Positions 37,873 through 49,600 of a stretch of 64,000 nucleotides of DNA are shown piece by piece. Within the stretch, counting starts at the first letter, position 1; each line of letters starts with the position of its first letter. The notes under the pieces were generated by a model that saw nothing but the letters and a program-made list of their open reading frames with translations, ran no database searches and was not told the DNA's origin. The stretch comes from an uncultured Bacillota bacterium (GTDB taxonomy: Bacteria > Sysuimicrobiota > Sysuimicrobiia > Sysuimicrobiales > Segetimicrobiaceae), in the NCBI GenBank assembly GCA_963804645.1, contig CAWDRG010000005.1, forward strand, positions 256,001-320,000, in the 5' to 3' direction. The position numbers and the translations under genes were made by a program.

Positions 37873-38153
37873 GTCGGTCTCCTCCGCGCGGCGCACGAGT
37901 CTCCCACCAGATCCGGGTCCCGGCGTCGTGTGTCGTTCGGAGCATGTTTCGCGACCGCGGCGCGTTCGGCCTTCACCTGTGGCCCGGTCCGGCGACGGCG
38001 GCCGCCACTGGACCGAGGCCACAGGAGTCTCAGCACGAACACGGAACTTCCCAGCGGGGACACGTCGGGGGCATCCACGCGGCCTCGTGACGCTCCGGAC
38101 CGCCGCGTGATGCGAGTCTCCCCGGGCTCGACGACATGTGCGAGGTGGGACAG

Positions 38154-38783
38154 ATGGCAGCGCAGCCGTCCGAATTTCCAGCAACGCTCGACGTCGAGTA
38201 TCCCGACCGGGAACTGAACAGGGTCACGACCGCGTTTCGATTGTTCGCCGCGATCCCAATCCTCATCATCCTGGTGCTGGTCGGCGGGGGCGGCGGCGAC
38301 ACGCGGTCGCACGGGGTCCAGTGGATCCACTCGGGCGGGCTCGTCGTGCTGCCGACGATCCTTATGCTGGTCGTCCGCCAGAAGTACCCGCGGTGGTGGT
38401 TTGACTGGAATCTCGCGCTCACGAAGTTCAATACCCGGGTCTTCGCGTACATGGCGCTGCTGCGCGACGAGTACCCGTCGACCGACGAGGAGCAGTACGT
38501 GCAGATTGCGATCCCATACCCGGATGCGGTGCACGACCTCAACCGATGGCTGCCGCTGGTCAAGTGGTTCTTGGCGATTCCGCACTACGTGGTCTTGCTC
38601 TTCCTCTTCGCGGCCGCGGTGTGCTGCGTGATCTTCGCCTGGTTCGCGATTGTGTTCACGGGACGCTATCCGCGCTCGCTGTTCGACTTCCTGGTCGGCG
38701 TCCTGCGCTGGGCGCTCCGGGTGACCGCCTACGCGTTCCTGCTGACAACCGACCGCTATCCGCCGTTTCAGCTGTCCGCCTGA
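38154..38783 (+). CDS. DUF4389-type membrane protein
   Basis: Internally repeated LNR...YPR...F...R..AY...D.YP modules. Confidence 0.8.
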   Translation: MAAQPSEFPATLDVEYPDRELNRVTTAFRLFAAIPILIILVLVGGGGGDTRSHGVQWIHSGGLVVLPTILMLVVRQKYPRWWFDWNLALTKFNTRVFAYMALLRDEYPSTDEEQYVQIAIPYPDAVHDLNRWLPLVKWFLAIPHYVVLLFLFAAAVCCVIFAWFAIVFTGRYPRSLFDFLVGVLRWALRVTAYAFLLTTDRYPPFQLSA

Positions 38784-38849
38784 GGGCCCGACGCGCGCGG
38801 AGGAGGGACGCGCGATGGACCCGCCTTCGTCGCTCCGCGCGCTCCGCCG

Positions 38850-40793
38850 CTACGGAAGGTTTTCGATCGGCACCGGTTCCACCGGATCGGCCAGGGCAAT
38901 GCCGAACACGCGCGACAGGAAGTAGAGTTCGCCCTCCAGCGTCCGCTTGATGTTCTCGGCCCGGCGAAATCCGTGCTGCTCCCCAGGATACTCGATGAGC
39001 GCGACCGGCAGCCCCTTGGCGCGTACCGCCTCGAACATCAGCTCCGCCTGGTTCGGCGGCACGATCTTGTCCTCCAGCCCCTGAAACAGAATGAGGGGCC
39101 GCGCCATGCGCTCGAGAAAATGGATCGGCGAGCGCGCGTAGTACAGGTCGCGCCGCGCGGGATACGGCCCGACCAGTTGCTGGTCGTAGCGCGACTCGAA
39201 TTTGTGCGTGTCCTTGCGAAACACCTCGAGGTCGGCGATCCCGAAATGGCTCGCGCCGGCGGCGAACGCGTCGCGGAACACGATCGCGCACAGCGTCGTG
39301 TACCCGCCGGCGCTGCCGCCGCGGATGACGAGGCGGCGGCCGTCCGCCCGCCCCTGCGCCACGACGTACCGCGCGGCGTTGATGCAGTCGTCGACATCGA
39401 CGACCCCCCACTGACCGTAGAGGCGCTCGCGGTACTCCCGCCCGTACCCCGTGCTGCCGCCGTAGTTCACGTCGAGATACGCGAACCCGCGGCTCGTCCA
39501 GTACTGGGTGGTCAGGTCCAGGGTGGTCGACGTCGACCCGGTGGGGCCGCCGTGGCTGCGGACCAGAAGCGGCGGGCGCTCGTTGGCCGGCCCCGCCGCG
39601 TCGGGGTTCGTCGGCGCGTAGAAGAACGCGTGCGCGGTGAGGCCGCCCTCGGTCGGGAACTCGATCGCCTCAGGCCGCGCCAGATAGCGCGGATCGATCG
39701 CGAGTGCCGACGACCGGCGCACCGCCTCGGTCCCTCCGGTCGCGAGATCGAGGCGGACGACCGCGGGAAACGCCGTTGGGCTGGCGCCGACAAACCACGC
39801 GGCGCCGCCGCGGCACCGCACGCTGCCGATGCTGGTATACGCCAGGTCCAACGGGCGGATCTCTCGGGCGCCGGGCTCGAGGACACCCATCCGGCCGCCG
39901 GCGCGGGTCCGGTACGCACACACGAGCCGTCCGCTCGACTCGATCGCATACAGCGACATCGCGAACTGCCACTGGGGTCCCGCGAACTCCGCGTCCATCG
40001 GACACACCGGCTCGTCGCCCCCAGCGCGCCACCGGTACAGATTCCACCAGCCGGTGCGGTCCGAGACGAAGTACAGGGTGCCGTCCGGCGCCCACTCCGG
40101 CTGCGCGATCGACTCCCGCAGGCCGCCGGCGACGCAGGCGCCGCGCGCGACGGACCCGTCGGCGTTGAGGTCGGCGACCCACAGCTCCGTGCCGTCCCAC
40201 GGCATGTTCGGGTGATTCCATGTCAGGTACGCGAGGCGCGAGCCGTCGGGGCTGAGGCGCGGCGAGGAGTAAAAGTCGTTGCCGCCGGCGAGGATCTGCC
40301 CGCCGCGATCATCGCCGTCCCATCGCACCGCGACGATCGTGTTCACCGCCTCCGGCGCACCGGTCGTATGATCCTCGCGAACGCACACGAGCCGCGCCCG
40401 CCGGGGATCCGGCACCGCGTCCGCGTAGCGCAGATCCACTCCCGGCGTGAGCGGCCGCGGGGCCGCACCCGGATCCTGCCGGTACAGCCGCTGGTCGGCG
40501 AAGTTCGAGAAGAAGACACGGCCCTCACAGACGGTATAGGCGCCGCCGCCGTACTCGTGGACGCGCGAGCGGGCGCTCATCCCCTGCGGCGTCACGTCCT
40601 CGATGCGACCGTCCGCCCCCCGGCGCACGATGACGTGCCGTCCGCCCTCCGCGGGGCGTCCCTCGATCCAGTACACGGCCTCGCCGTCGAGCGCGATCGC
40701 GTCCAGTCCGACCGTCCCGGACACGATCAGGTCCGCGGTGATCGGAGAAGTCCACGAGCCGTACGGTGCGGTCTGCGCGGGCGCCATCGCCAT
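38850..40793 (-). CDS. S9 family serine peptidase (dipeptidyl aminopeptidase/acylaminoacyl peptidase-like)
   Basis: APYGSWTSPI, HGGPT, GGSAGG nucleophile, QGLEDKIVPP, EQHGFR. Confidence 0.93.
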   Translation of the reverse strand: MAMAPAQTAPYGSWTSPITADLIVSGTVGLDAIALDGEAVYWIEGRPAEGGRHVIVRRGADGRIEDVTPQGMSARSRVHEYGGGAYTVCEGRVFFSNFADQRLYRQDPGAAPRPLTPGVDLRYADAVPDPRRARLVCVREDHTTGAPEAVNTIVAVRWDGDDRGGQILAGGNDFYSSPRLSPDGSRLAYLTWNHPNMPWDGTELWVADLNADGSVARGACVAGGLRESIAQPEWAPDGTLYFVSDRTGWWNLYRWRAGGDEPVCPMDAEFAGPQWQFAMSLYAIESSGRLVCAYRTRAGGRMGVLEPGAREIRPLDLAYTSIGSVRCRGGAAWFVGASPTAFPAVVRLDLATGGTEAVRRSSALAIDPRYLARPEAIEFPTEGGLTAHAFFYAPTNPDAAGPANERPPLLVRSHGGPTGSTSTTLDLTTQYWTSRGFAYLDVNYGGSTGYGREYRERLYGQWGVVDVDDCINAARYVVAQGRADGRRLVIRGGSAGGYTTLCAIVFRDAFAAGASHFGIADLEVFRKDTHKFESRYDQQLVGPYPARRDLYYARSPIHFLERMARPLILFQGLEDKIVPPNQAELMFEAVRAKGLPVALIEYPGEQHGFRRAENIKRTLEGELYFLSRVFGIALADPVEPVPIENLP

Positions 40794-40819
40794 CCTCCTG
40801 TGGATCGACTGAACCGCCG

Positions 40820-42981
40820 CTACGGCGTCGCGGGGGCGGGGTGGCCGTCGCGGTACAGCCAGCGGTACACCGCGGCGGACTGCAGCACCGTCTTGACGTA
40901 GTCGCGGGTCTCGAGATACGGAATCTCTTCGACAAACAACGCCGGGTCGACGCCGGGACGCTGCGCCATCCACCGGTTGACTGCGCCCGGCCCTGCGTTG
41001 TAGGCCGCGACGGCCAGATCGACGCGCCCGAACTGCTTGAGCAGCTCCGACAGGACGACCGTCCCCAGCAGGGCGTTCGTCTGGGGGTCGGCGAGCGCGC
41101 GGCTGTCGGGCGGCGCCACGCCGGCGTTGCGGGCGGCGCCCTGCGCCGTGCCCGGCATGAGCTGCATCAGGCCGAACGCCCCGGCCGACGACAGCGCGAC
41201 CGGATCAAACCGGCTCTCCTCGCGGATCACGCCGGCGACGAGATACGGATCGACGCCCGTGCGGCCGGCGGCCTGCGCGATCGGCGCCCACTGTCCCTGT
41301 GGATACAGCGCGTTCCACAGCGCGAGCGGCAGCGCGTGTCCCGCGGCGCCCGGCGTGAGCGCGCGCGCGTCTTCGGCGACGCGAATGCCCGCCGCGGACC
41401 TGCCCCTGCCGCTCGAGCGCCTCGCTCAACAGCAGCGTGACGGCCGGGCGGTCGCCGGCCGAGGCGCCGTCCGCGGCGGCCTGCAGTTCCCGCTGTCGCG
41501 TCGTCCGTCTGCGCCAGCGCGTCGAGCTCCCGGTACCGGTCGAGCGTCGGAATCGTCCCCGTGGGGATGTCCGGAAGCGGCGCGGCCACCGGCACGCGCA
41601 TCGGCGCGCCCACCTGCGATGCCGCAAGCTGCCCGTAGTATGTCGCGGGGTACCGGGCCGCGGTCGCGCGGGCGTCGGCCGCGGCGTGCGCGCCGTCCCC
41701 GGCCGCGCCCGCCGCGCGGGCCGCCCAATACAGGCCGGCCGACGCCATCTCGTCGTCTCCGGCGGTGTCGACGAGCCCCAGCCACGCGAGCCGCGCGGGG
41801 CCCCACGCGTGCAGGCGGTACTCGATCCACCCGGCCTCCCAGCGCGCGCGGTCGCCCCAGTGGGTCCCGGGGAACCGGTCGCCGGCTTCGCGGAACAGCG
41901 CGACCGCCGGACCGAGCGCGGCCTGGTCCTCGCGGGCGGCCGCGATCATGTACAGGCCGCGCGGCGCGAGCGAGGATCGAGGGTAGTCGTGCGCGAGCGT
42001 CCGCGCGGTCCGAAGCGCGCCGGCCGCGTCGCCGCGGGCGAGCGCGATGCGCACGAGGTAGAACAGCGAGTCGTCCGCGTGCAGCTGCCTGAGGTTCACG
42101 TCCTGCTCGAAGTGCGAGGCCGCCTCATCGAAGGCGTGCCCGTCGAAGGCGAGCACCCCGAGGTAGTACAAGGCACCGTCCGCGACGATCCACCCTCGGG
42201 GCATGCGGAGGGCATGCCGGAGCTCGACGCGGGCATCCGCAATGCGCCCCGCGGCGATGTCGTCGACCGCGCGCTGGAACACCGCTTCCGGCGGCGTCGC
42301 GTCCGGCGGCAGCGCGTGCACGGCGGCGAGCGCCTTGACGCGCAGCGCCGAGGGCGCCGCGTACGGGCTCTCCGGAAACACCCAGAGCACGCGCCGGTAG
42401 GCTTGCACCGCGTCCGCCCACCGGGCGGCGGTCTCGAGCGCGAGGCCCATCTCGTACCATGCCTGGGCCGCGTGCTGACCGCCGCCGAAGGCCGCGAGAT
42501 ACTCGTGGTACGCGTCGGGCGCCGCGGGCGACCCCGAGCTCCGCATCGCCTCGGCGCGCCGGAACAGCGCGAGGCCCCGCAGCGTGGTGTCGGGGTACCG
42601 CGTCAGCAGATCCTGGAAGGCCGCGATCGCCGGGTCGAAGCGGCCCGCGTCCGCCGCGGCGACGCCCTGGTAGTACTCGGCGTAGTCCGCGAGCACCGGC
42701 AGCGCCTGCACCGTCTCGGCAAACGCCGCGCCCGCGTCGTCGTATCTGCCCTGCGTTAGGTTGATGATCCCGAGCAGGTACCGGCCCCGGCTTCCCTCCG
42801 GACCCGCGTCTTGGCTGAGCGGGGTGAGCATCGCCCGGGCGCCCGCCAGATCCCCGTGCGCGTACGCGGCGACCGCCGCGGCGAGCTGCGTGCCCGGCTG
42901 GGAAAAACTCGGCATTTGGGACGCCGCCAGCGCCACGGCGACGACCCCAACGCTGACGAAGATCCGGCGCAGAACGGTCAT
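40820..42981 (-). CDS. TPR-repeat soluble lytic transglycosylase (Slt-like); split over three frames by apparent frameshifts near 41490 and 41404
   Basis: Signal peptide; TPR-like helices; C-terminal IREESRF, GAFGLMQLMP, AAYNAG, ETRDYV motifs. Confidence 0.88.
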
Positions 42982-43037
42982 AGGAGGTGTCGCACCGTTC
43001 GACGCCCTCACAAACCCATCCTTTGAGACCGCGGGCG

Positions 43038-45242
43038 CTACTTGGCCTGGCCGCCGGGATAGATCGCGCGCATCGAGCTCAGGTACAGGACGCCGTGCGG
43101 AGTCTTGGTCGGATCCGTCACCACGACATAAAACGACGACCAGCTGATCGGGAACGCCAGCCCGGGAGGAAACGCCGCGGTGACCGAGCGCCACCCCGTC
43201 CAGTCGACGCGCTGGGCCAGCGTCACCGTCCCCTTCTCGCCGTTCTCCTGGTCGAACACGCCGCGCAGCCACGCGCCGCTGCCGTCCCCGTAGACCCACA
43301 CGCTGACGCCCGATGGCTCCCCGACGAGCGGAATCTGCGTCTGCACGTACGCCGCGCGCGTCCCGGTGCCGTCGAGGCGGTAGGTCAGCGCGACCGACGG
43401 GTGGCCGTCGTGGCTCGGATCGGAGACGCGCGCGACGTCGCCGGTGACGGAGTCGGGATAGCCGCGGAAGGTCCACGCCCCGACGTCGAACTGGTCCAGG
43501 TACCGAGCCGTGCTGCCGATCGCGACGCGTGCCTGTCCGAACGTGCCTCCCAGGGTCGCGGTGACCGTGCCGTTGCCGGCCGCGTCGCCGGGCACAAACG
43601 ACCCCGACGGCGAGATGGTGCCGAGCGTCGGCGGCGCGACGGTCCACTGCGCGATGCCGCTCGGCACGATCACCGGCCGCCCGGTGCGGTCCACCGCGCG
43701 GACCGTGAACTGCGCCGGCTCCCCAGGCGCCACGGTCAGGGTCGCGGGGCTGACCACCAGCTTGGCCAGCTGGGTCACGACCGAGACCGGCGCGGTGCCC
43801 GACGCGGCGCCGCTCTGGACCGTCATCGCGCCGGATCCCGCGGACGTCGATGCGGTCACCGTACCGTCCGGTCCGACCGTGACCAGCCCGGGCGGGGACG
43901 TCACCGCCTGCAGCGGATCCGTCAGGGTCGTCGGGTTGCCCTGCGCGTCGACGCCGATCACCGAGAGCGCCGTGGATGCGCCCGCGAACAGCTCGAAGGG
44001 CTGCCCGGCGTTCACCAGGAGGCGCGCGGGCGGCCCCGGCACCGCGGAGCTGTACACCAGCACCGCGTCGCCGACCGGGCGCTCCTTGCCGTCCGACGGT
44101 GAGTTGACGACCGACGGCGCGGCGGCGCCCGGCAGGCGCACAACCATCGTCGCCGAGCCTCCGCTGTCGAACGCCATCGCCTCGGACGCGCCCAGCCGCT
44201 GCATGTAGGCCGCCAGCTGAGGGCGGGTCAGCCCGATGCTCAGGGCGGGCTGGCGGCCGTCGACCTCGACAAACGTCAGGGTGCGCCCGTCCGGCGCGAT
44301 GCCGACGGCGATCACCGGATAGCGGTGGCTGCTCTCTGACGGCGACGGCGGGTCGGAGTCCGTCGCGATCTGTCCGTTCGCCACCAGCAGCGGCCCGCCG
44401 CCGACCGCGAGCTGCGCATCGTGCCAGTCCGGATCGGTCGTCAGCGCCAGCTGGACCGGCATCCCGGTCGTGAGCCGGTTGAGCCAGTCCGCCCCCGCGC
44501 CCCGTCCGACGAGGATCACATCGTCGTTGGGAAACGGCACGTAGAACGGCTGCTGCGGCCACAGCTGCTTCACGAAGGCGTGCCCCTGATCATCGGGCGG
44601 CGTGAGCTCCGCGACGACCTGGCGGGTCGCCGCATCGGGCTGCGGCGCCCCGTACCCGCGGATGTTGGAGAGCAGGACGATCCCGTTCGGCGACAGGCCG
44701 CTGTTGTACCCGTCGAGCGGCCGCGTCTCCCCGGTCGCGGTCAGCGTCACCGTGCCGGTCCACCGGTACCGGATGATGCGCGCGGCGCCGTCCCGACCGA
44801 TGACGAGCGCGATCCAGCGCCACGGGCTGCGGAGCAGCTGCCCGTTCTGGATCACCAGATTCAGCGGAATCCCCGATTCGTGGATGTCGAAGTAGTCGGC
44901 GTTGATCCCCGCGATCGCCCCGGTGCGGAGCGCCATCGAGGAGACCGTCTCGTCGTCGCTCATCAGGCGGTCGCGCGCGATCCCGACGCCGAGGTGGATC
45001 GTCGGATTGCTGAGGTCGACCTGCATCTGATGCAGGTCGAGGGGGCCGTCGGCGGTGGCCAGGGTCAGATGGCGGTACTGAATGCCGGACGCGACCGGAA
45101 GATCGACCACAGCGGTCGCGAGGATGGAGGGCCAGCCGCCCGGGGGGCCCTGGGCGAACACGCCCGGGCTGAGCAGCGACAGCACGAGGAACAACGCCAC
45201 GCCGAACACGAACCTGCGACAATGGTACTTCCGTAGAGTCAT
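43038..45242 (-). CDS. Secreted phosphodiester glycosidase (NAGPA/DUF2233) family protein with Ig-like and CBM-like C-terminal domains
   Basis: GINADYF, AVGGGPLL, VDGRQ, FDSGGSATM, NSPSDGKERPV motifs. Confidence 0.85.
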   Translation of the reverse strand: MTLRKYHCRRFVFGVALFLVLSLLSPGVFAQGPPGGWPSILATAVVDLPVASGIQYRHLTLATADGPLDLHQMQVDLSNPTIHLGVGIARDRLMSDDETVSSMALRTGAIAGINADYFDIHESGIPLNLVIQNGQLLRSPWRWIALVIGRDGAARIIRYRWTGTVTLTATGETRPLDGYNSGLSPNGIVLLSNIRGYGAPQPDAATRQVVAELTPPDDQGHAFVKQLWPQQPFYVPFPNDDVILVGRGAGADWLNRLTTGMPVQLALTTDPDWHDAQLAVGGGPLLVANGQIATDSDPPSPSESSHRYPVIAVGIAPDGRTLTFVEVDGRQPALSIGLTRPQLAAYMQRLGASEAMAFDSGGSATMVVRLPGAAAPSVVNSPSDGKERPVGDAVLVYSSAVPGPPARLLVNAGQPFELFAGASTALSVIGVDAQGNPTTLTDPLQAVTSPPGLVTVGPDGTVTASTSAGSGAMTVQSGAASGTAPVSVVTQLAKLVVSPATLTVAPGEPAQFTVRAVDRTGRPVIVPSGIAQWTVAPPTLGTISPSGSFVPGDAAGNGTVTATLGGTFGQARVAIGSTARYLDQFDVGAWTFRGYPDSVTGDVARVSDPSHDGHPSVALTYRLDGTGTRAAYVQTQIPLVGEPSGVSVWVYGDGSGAWLRGVFDQENGEKGTVTLAQRVDWTGWRSVTAAFPPGLAFPISWSSFYVVVTDPTKTPHGVLYLSSMRAIYPGGQAK

Positions 45243-45441
45243 GCGATGCCGTCCGCTGCTGCGTCGTACGAGAGTCATTCGCCTCCGGATCGCAACGCCC
45301 TGCCGGCGCGCCGCGCGCCCCCTAGTACTACAAAGTCACGATTCTGGCAGGATTTTGCCCGCATGTGCCGAACAGCGGTAGTCGCGTACGCATACATCGC
45401 ACCTCTTGTCGCAGCAGACGTCGTCGTAGCAGGTGTCGCCG

Positions 45442-46652
45442 ATGGCCAATGCGCCGCCTTTTGCCGATCCCGATCTGCGTCAGCGGTTGATCGAGTACCT
45501 CACGGCCGTCCTGCCGGAGTTGGGCCGCAAAGATCGCCGACCGTGGGCGCAAGCGTATGTGCGCGGCTTGCTGCTGGAAGGCGAGCGGAAATCGATCGAA
45601 CCCATGGCCAAGCGCTTGCCGGACGGCAATGTGCAAGCCATGCAGCATTTCATTGGAAAGAGCCCGTGGCCGTATGAGCCGGTCCGCCGGCGGTTGGCTG
45701 GTGTGTTGTGCGCGGAAATGGGCTCCGGGCTGTGGATCGTCGATGACACCGGGTTTCCCAAGCAGGGCAAGCATTCCGTCGGGGTGGCGCGGCAGTACTC
45801 GGGCACGTTGGGCAAGGTGGCCAACTGCCAAATCGCGGTCAGCCTGCACCATGCCACGACGCTGGCGAGTCTGCCCATCGACTGGGCGTTGTACCTGCCG
45901 GAAGCCTGGGCCGCGGATCGCGCGCGCTGCGCCCGCGCGGGCGTGCGGCGGCGTCCGTGGACTACCGCCCCAAATGGCGGTTGGCGCTCGAGATGATCGA
46001 TCACGCTCGACAGTGGGGCCTGGGGGACCAACGCGTCGTCGCCGATGCTGGCTATGGCACCATCGCCGATTTCCGTGCGGGCTTGCGGGAGCGGCAGTTG
46101 CCCTATGCCGTGGGCGTCGAATCCGGCACGGGCGTGTGGATGCGGTATCCGCGACGTCGGCGGCACCCACCCACCGTGCGCGGCCGGCCGCGTACGCGCT
46201 GGGACTACGGGGGCCAGCGGCCGCCCAGCGTCCTCGAGGTGGCGCGCGCGTTGCCAAAAGCCGCTTTTCATACTGTGACGTGGCGCGAAGGGAGCCAGGG
46301 CCAGCTCCGGTCGCGCTTCGCGCACGTCCGCGTCTGACCGTCCCACGGCTTTCATGAGGGCAAGCCGCCGGAGGCCGAACAATGGCTGCTCATCGAGTGG
46401 CCGGCCGACGCCGCCGAGCCGACCAAATACTGGTTCGTCACCGGCCCGCGGCGGCTGTCGCTGTTGCCACTGGTGCGCTGGGCGAAGGCGCGCTGGCGAA
46501 TCGAGCAAGATTATGAACAGTTGAAGGGCGAACTGGGCCTCGACCACTTCGAAGGACGCCGCTGGCTGGGCTGGCATCATCACGTGACGATGACCACAAT
46601 GGCGTACGGGTTTCTCGTGCGCGAACGGCTTCGTCCCCTCGGGAGTAAAAAA
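45442..46652 (+). pseudogene. IS701 transposase, main part (frameshift near 45945, in-frame TGA at 46335-46337, interrupted at the A-tract)
   Basis: GERKSIEPMA, DDTGFPKQGKHSVGVARQYSGTLGKVANCQ, ADAGYG, RWRIEQDYEQLKGELGLDHFEGR. Confidence 0.93.
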
Positions 46653-46655
46653 GGT

Positions 46656-49600
46656 TCATCCGGCATTTTCGGGAATTCCAGGAAACGCGGCCATGATCTT
46701 CAGGAAGAAGTAGCCATCGTCTCGGTAGCCGTACCCCATGCGCTTGAGGACCTTGATCTTGTGGTGGGTAGAGGACGGCCTCGGATCGACCCTTGCGCCG
46801 TCCTCCCCCCGCAGAACCCGGCGTGCAGGTTTCCCGCACCGGGCTCCCCAGAGCGACATTCACGCCTCGGCCTCGTCAGACCGTCGGATGTAGAGTCTTC
46901 GGGCGTGGCAGTTCAAACCACGAGCGGCTCCTGAGGTAGCTCCAGAACAACCGGTGCCATTGGCCGCGCCGACGCAACGTTCTTAGCCACTGGAGCTGGA
47001 CCTCATGACAGACCCAGTCCAACTTCCGCTCGCAGTGGTGTAGGGCGAAGTACTGGTAAAATCCCCGCAGCATCGTCGTAAGGTGAGCCTGTTGCGCCCG
47101 GCGATTCCAGTGCATATGGCTCCTGAGCCATTCATGGGTGCGATCCAGAAACGTCCTGCAGCTGTCGTGTGCCGGAATGCGCACCACGGCGAACTTGCCC
47201 CGCCGGTCCCTACCGCACACGTGCTTGAAGCCCAGAAATACGAACGTGCCTGGCTTCTCTCCATGTGCGGCGGCCCGCTTTCGGGCCTCTCGCCCAAACA
47301 GCAGTAGGCGCGTCTTCTCTGGTTTTAACTCCAGGCCGAACTTCTGCATCCGCTCCGCCAGTTCGCGGCCGAAGGCGTTCGCTTCCGCCTGATGCTCGAA
47401 ACATACCACGAAGTCGTCCACAAACCGAATCAGGTGAGCGGCCCCTTGACAGCTCCGCTTGAACCGTCGCTCGAACCAGAGGTCGAGGACGTGGTGCAAG
47501 TAGAGATTGGCGAGCACGGGGCTGATCGGATTGCCTTGCGACACGCCCTCCCTGTTTCGGACGACAACTCCGTCGTGCATCACCCCGGCCCTGAGCCACT
47601 TGCCAATGAGCCTCAGGATTACGGGATCGGCGATGCGATGGGCCACCATCTTCCGTAACCAGTCGTGATTGATGCGTGTGAAGTACCCGCAAATATCCGT
47701 CTCGAAGACGTACTGTGCTTTCCCCGCAATCAGATGGCCGCGAAGATCTCGCAATGCCTGGTGCGGGTTACGCCCGGGCCGGTATCCGTATGAGCACTCC
47801 ACGAAGTCCTGCTCGTAGATGGCGCTGAGAATCCGCGCCACTGCGCGCTGCAGTAACCGGTCTTCCACCGTGGGAATGCCGATCGGGCGCATAGCCGACG
47901 TGTCCCCAGGTTTGGGGATGTCTACCCGTCGCACCGGTGGAGCCTGATACCGCCCTGCTTTCAGTCGTTCCCAGAGATCGACGACCCGTATCTCCAGATC
48001 GCGCTCGAACTGCGCGCATGTCTCTCCATCCACTCCGCTGGCACCCCGCCGGTTCATCTGCTGCCAAGTTTCTTTCAGAAACTCTGGCGTCAGAATGTGC
48101 GCCAGCGACGTGAAGCGGCACTTCGGGTCTGCCTTGGCTTTGATCGCTATCCCGGCCAGTCCGGTGGTCACCCTGATCCTCCCTCTGAAGGTGGAGGGGA
48201 TGTTTCCCCGACCAAGGTCGTACGCTCTGCCCCGCCGCTTCCCCATGTACGCGGCTCTCCCGCGCTCCGAGTACTACCAGCGGGTCCGACTTCCACCGCG
48301 GCGTTTGCCTCTCTTCGGTCGAACCATCTCGATCGGCATACTCGATCCACTCGATCAAGACCGCGGTGGATCTCCCAGGTCCCTCGACGCGTCCGTCTCC
48401 GTCCGTGCCGTGCTCTCAGACCCCGCCGGGGTCTCCGGCATCCTCGCCCTAACGGATGCGTACTGTTGCCTTCCACGATAACAACCGTGTCGGCCCCCGG
48501 ATTAGGAAGTCACGAGGCTCAATCGCTTCCTTTGCAGTACGGCCCGGACGTCGCCCTGTCTACGCTTAGCCCATGTCGTTACCTCCATGAGCCCAAGACT
48601 CGGTTCCCGGTGGGTGGCTGGCCCTTGCCGGGGCGGGAATTGCACCCGCTGGACGCGCCAGATTTGTCCTGGCGCGCTGTTGATGCCCTCGAGGAGGCTG
48701 GTGTGTAACGGATAGCGACAGTGCGCGATGATCCCGGGGAGCCGCATCTTGAGATGGCGGGCAAACGTCTTGAGGGGTTCAATGCGACTGCGGATGGCAC
48801 GGTGGTACCAGTCGGTGAAGAAGCGGGTGGCGGCGCCAGGATAGGTATAGTCCCACATCTGCTTGAGATCATCCTTCAGCACGTAGACGGCCGCAAGCCG
48901 CCGGTTGGCTGCCAAGAGGTCCTGGAGTCGTACGCGATCCTCCGGTTTGACGTTCTCACGATTGCGCAAGAGGAGCCACCGCGCGCCTTTGATCACCTTG
49001 CGGGCTTCTTTGTCGCGCCGCACGCGATTGGCTTCGTCCACGCGCACCCGGTCAATGACTTCGCGCCCGTACTTGGCGACCACGTGGAAGAGGTCATAGA
49101 CAAGGACCGCGTGCGGACAATGGGCGCGCACTTCTTCTTCGTAGGCCGTGTTCATATCCATCACCACCGCCTGCAGACGCTTGCAGCCCTCGCCACCTAA
49201 CAGCGCGAAGAAAGGACGGACGTCGTCGCGACTCCGGCCTTCGCCGACCCAGAGCACGCGTTTGCGCCGGGGTTCGACCACCACCGTGGCGTAGCGGTGG
49301 CCCTTTCGCAGGGCGAATTCATCCATCGCAATCGTTGTCACGTTGGACAGGTCCACCGGGAGCAACTGCTCTGCCAACGCGGCCACGTCCAGGTTTTTCA
49401 CGGTGTCCCAGTCGAGGCCGTAGAACTCTGCCACGTGCTTCACCGGCAGGATGCGGCAGAGCCGGACCACGCTCTCCGCCAGGCGCTTGGTCACCCGGTC
49501 CCAGGCCGACAGCCAGGACAGGGCCTCGATTTTGGGGCCGCACGTGGGACAGGCAACGCGGTAGCGCGGCACCCATACGTGAGTCTCGGCGTCGAGCAGC

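Noticed and set aside
1599..40901. Many long Arg/Gly/Pro-rich antisense and alternate-frame ORFs (for example 3015-5213, 17906-20080, 30815-33019, 38973-40901)
   Set aside because: Shadow ORFs expected from high-GC codon bias opposite well-supported genes
41227..44562. 1111-aa ORF as one protein
   Set aside because: The N-terminal half is an alternative frame over the NAGPA-like gene; the real Slt starts near 42981
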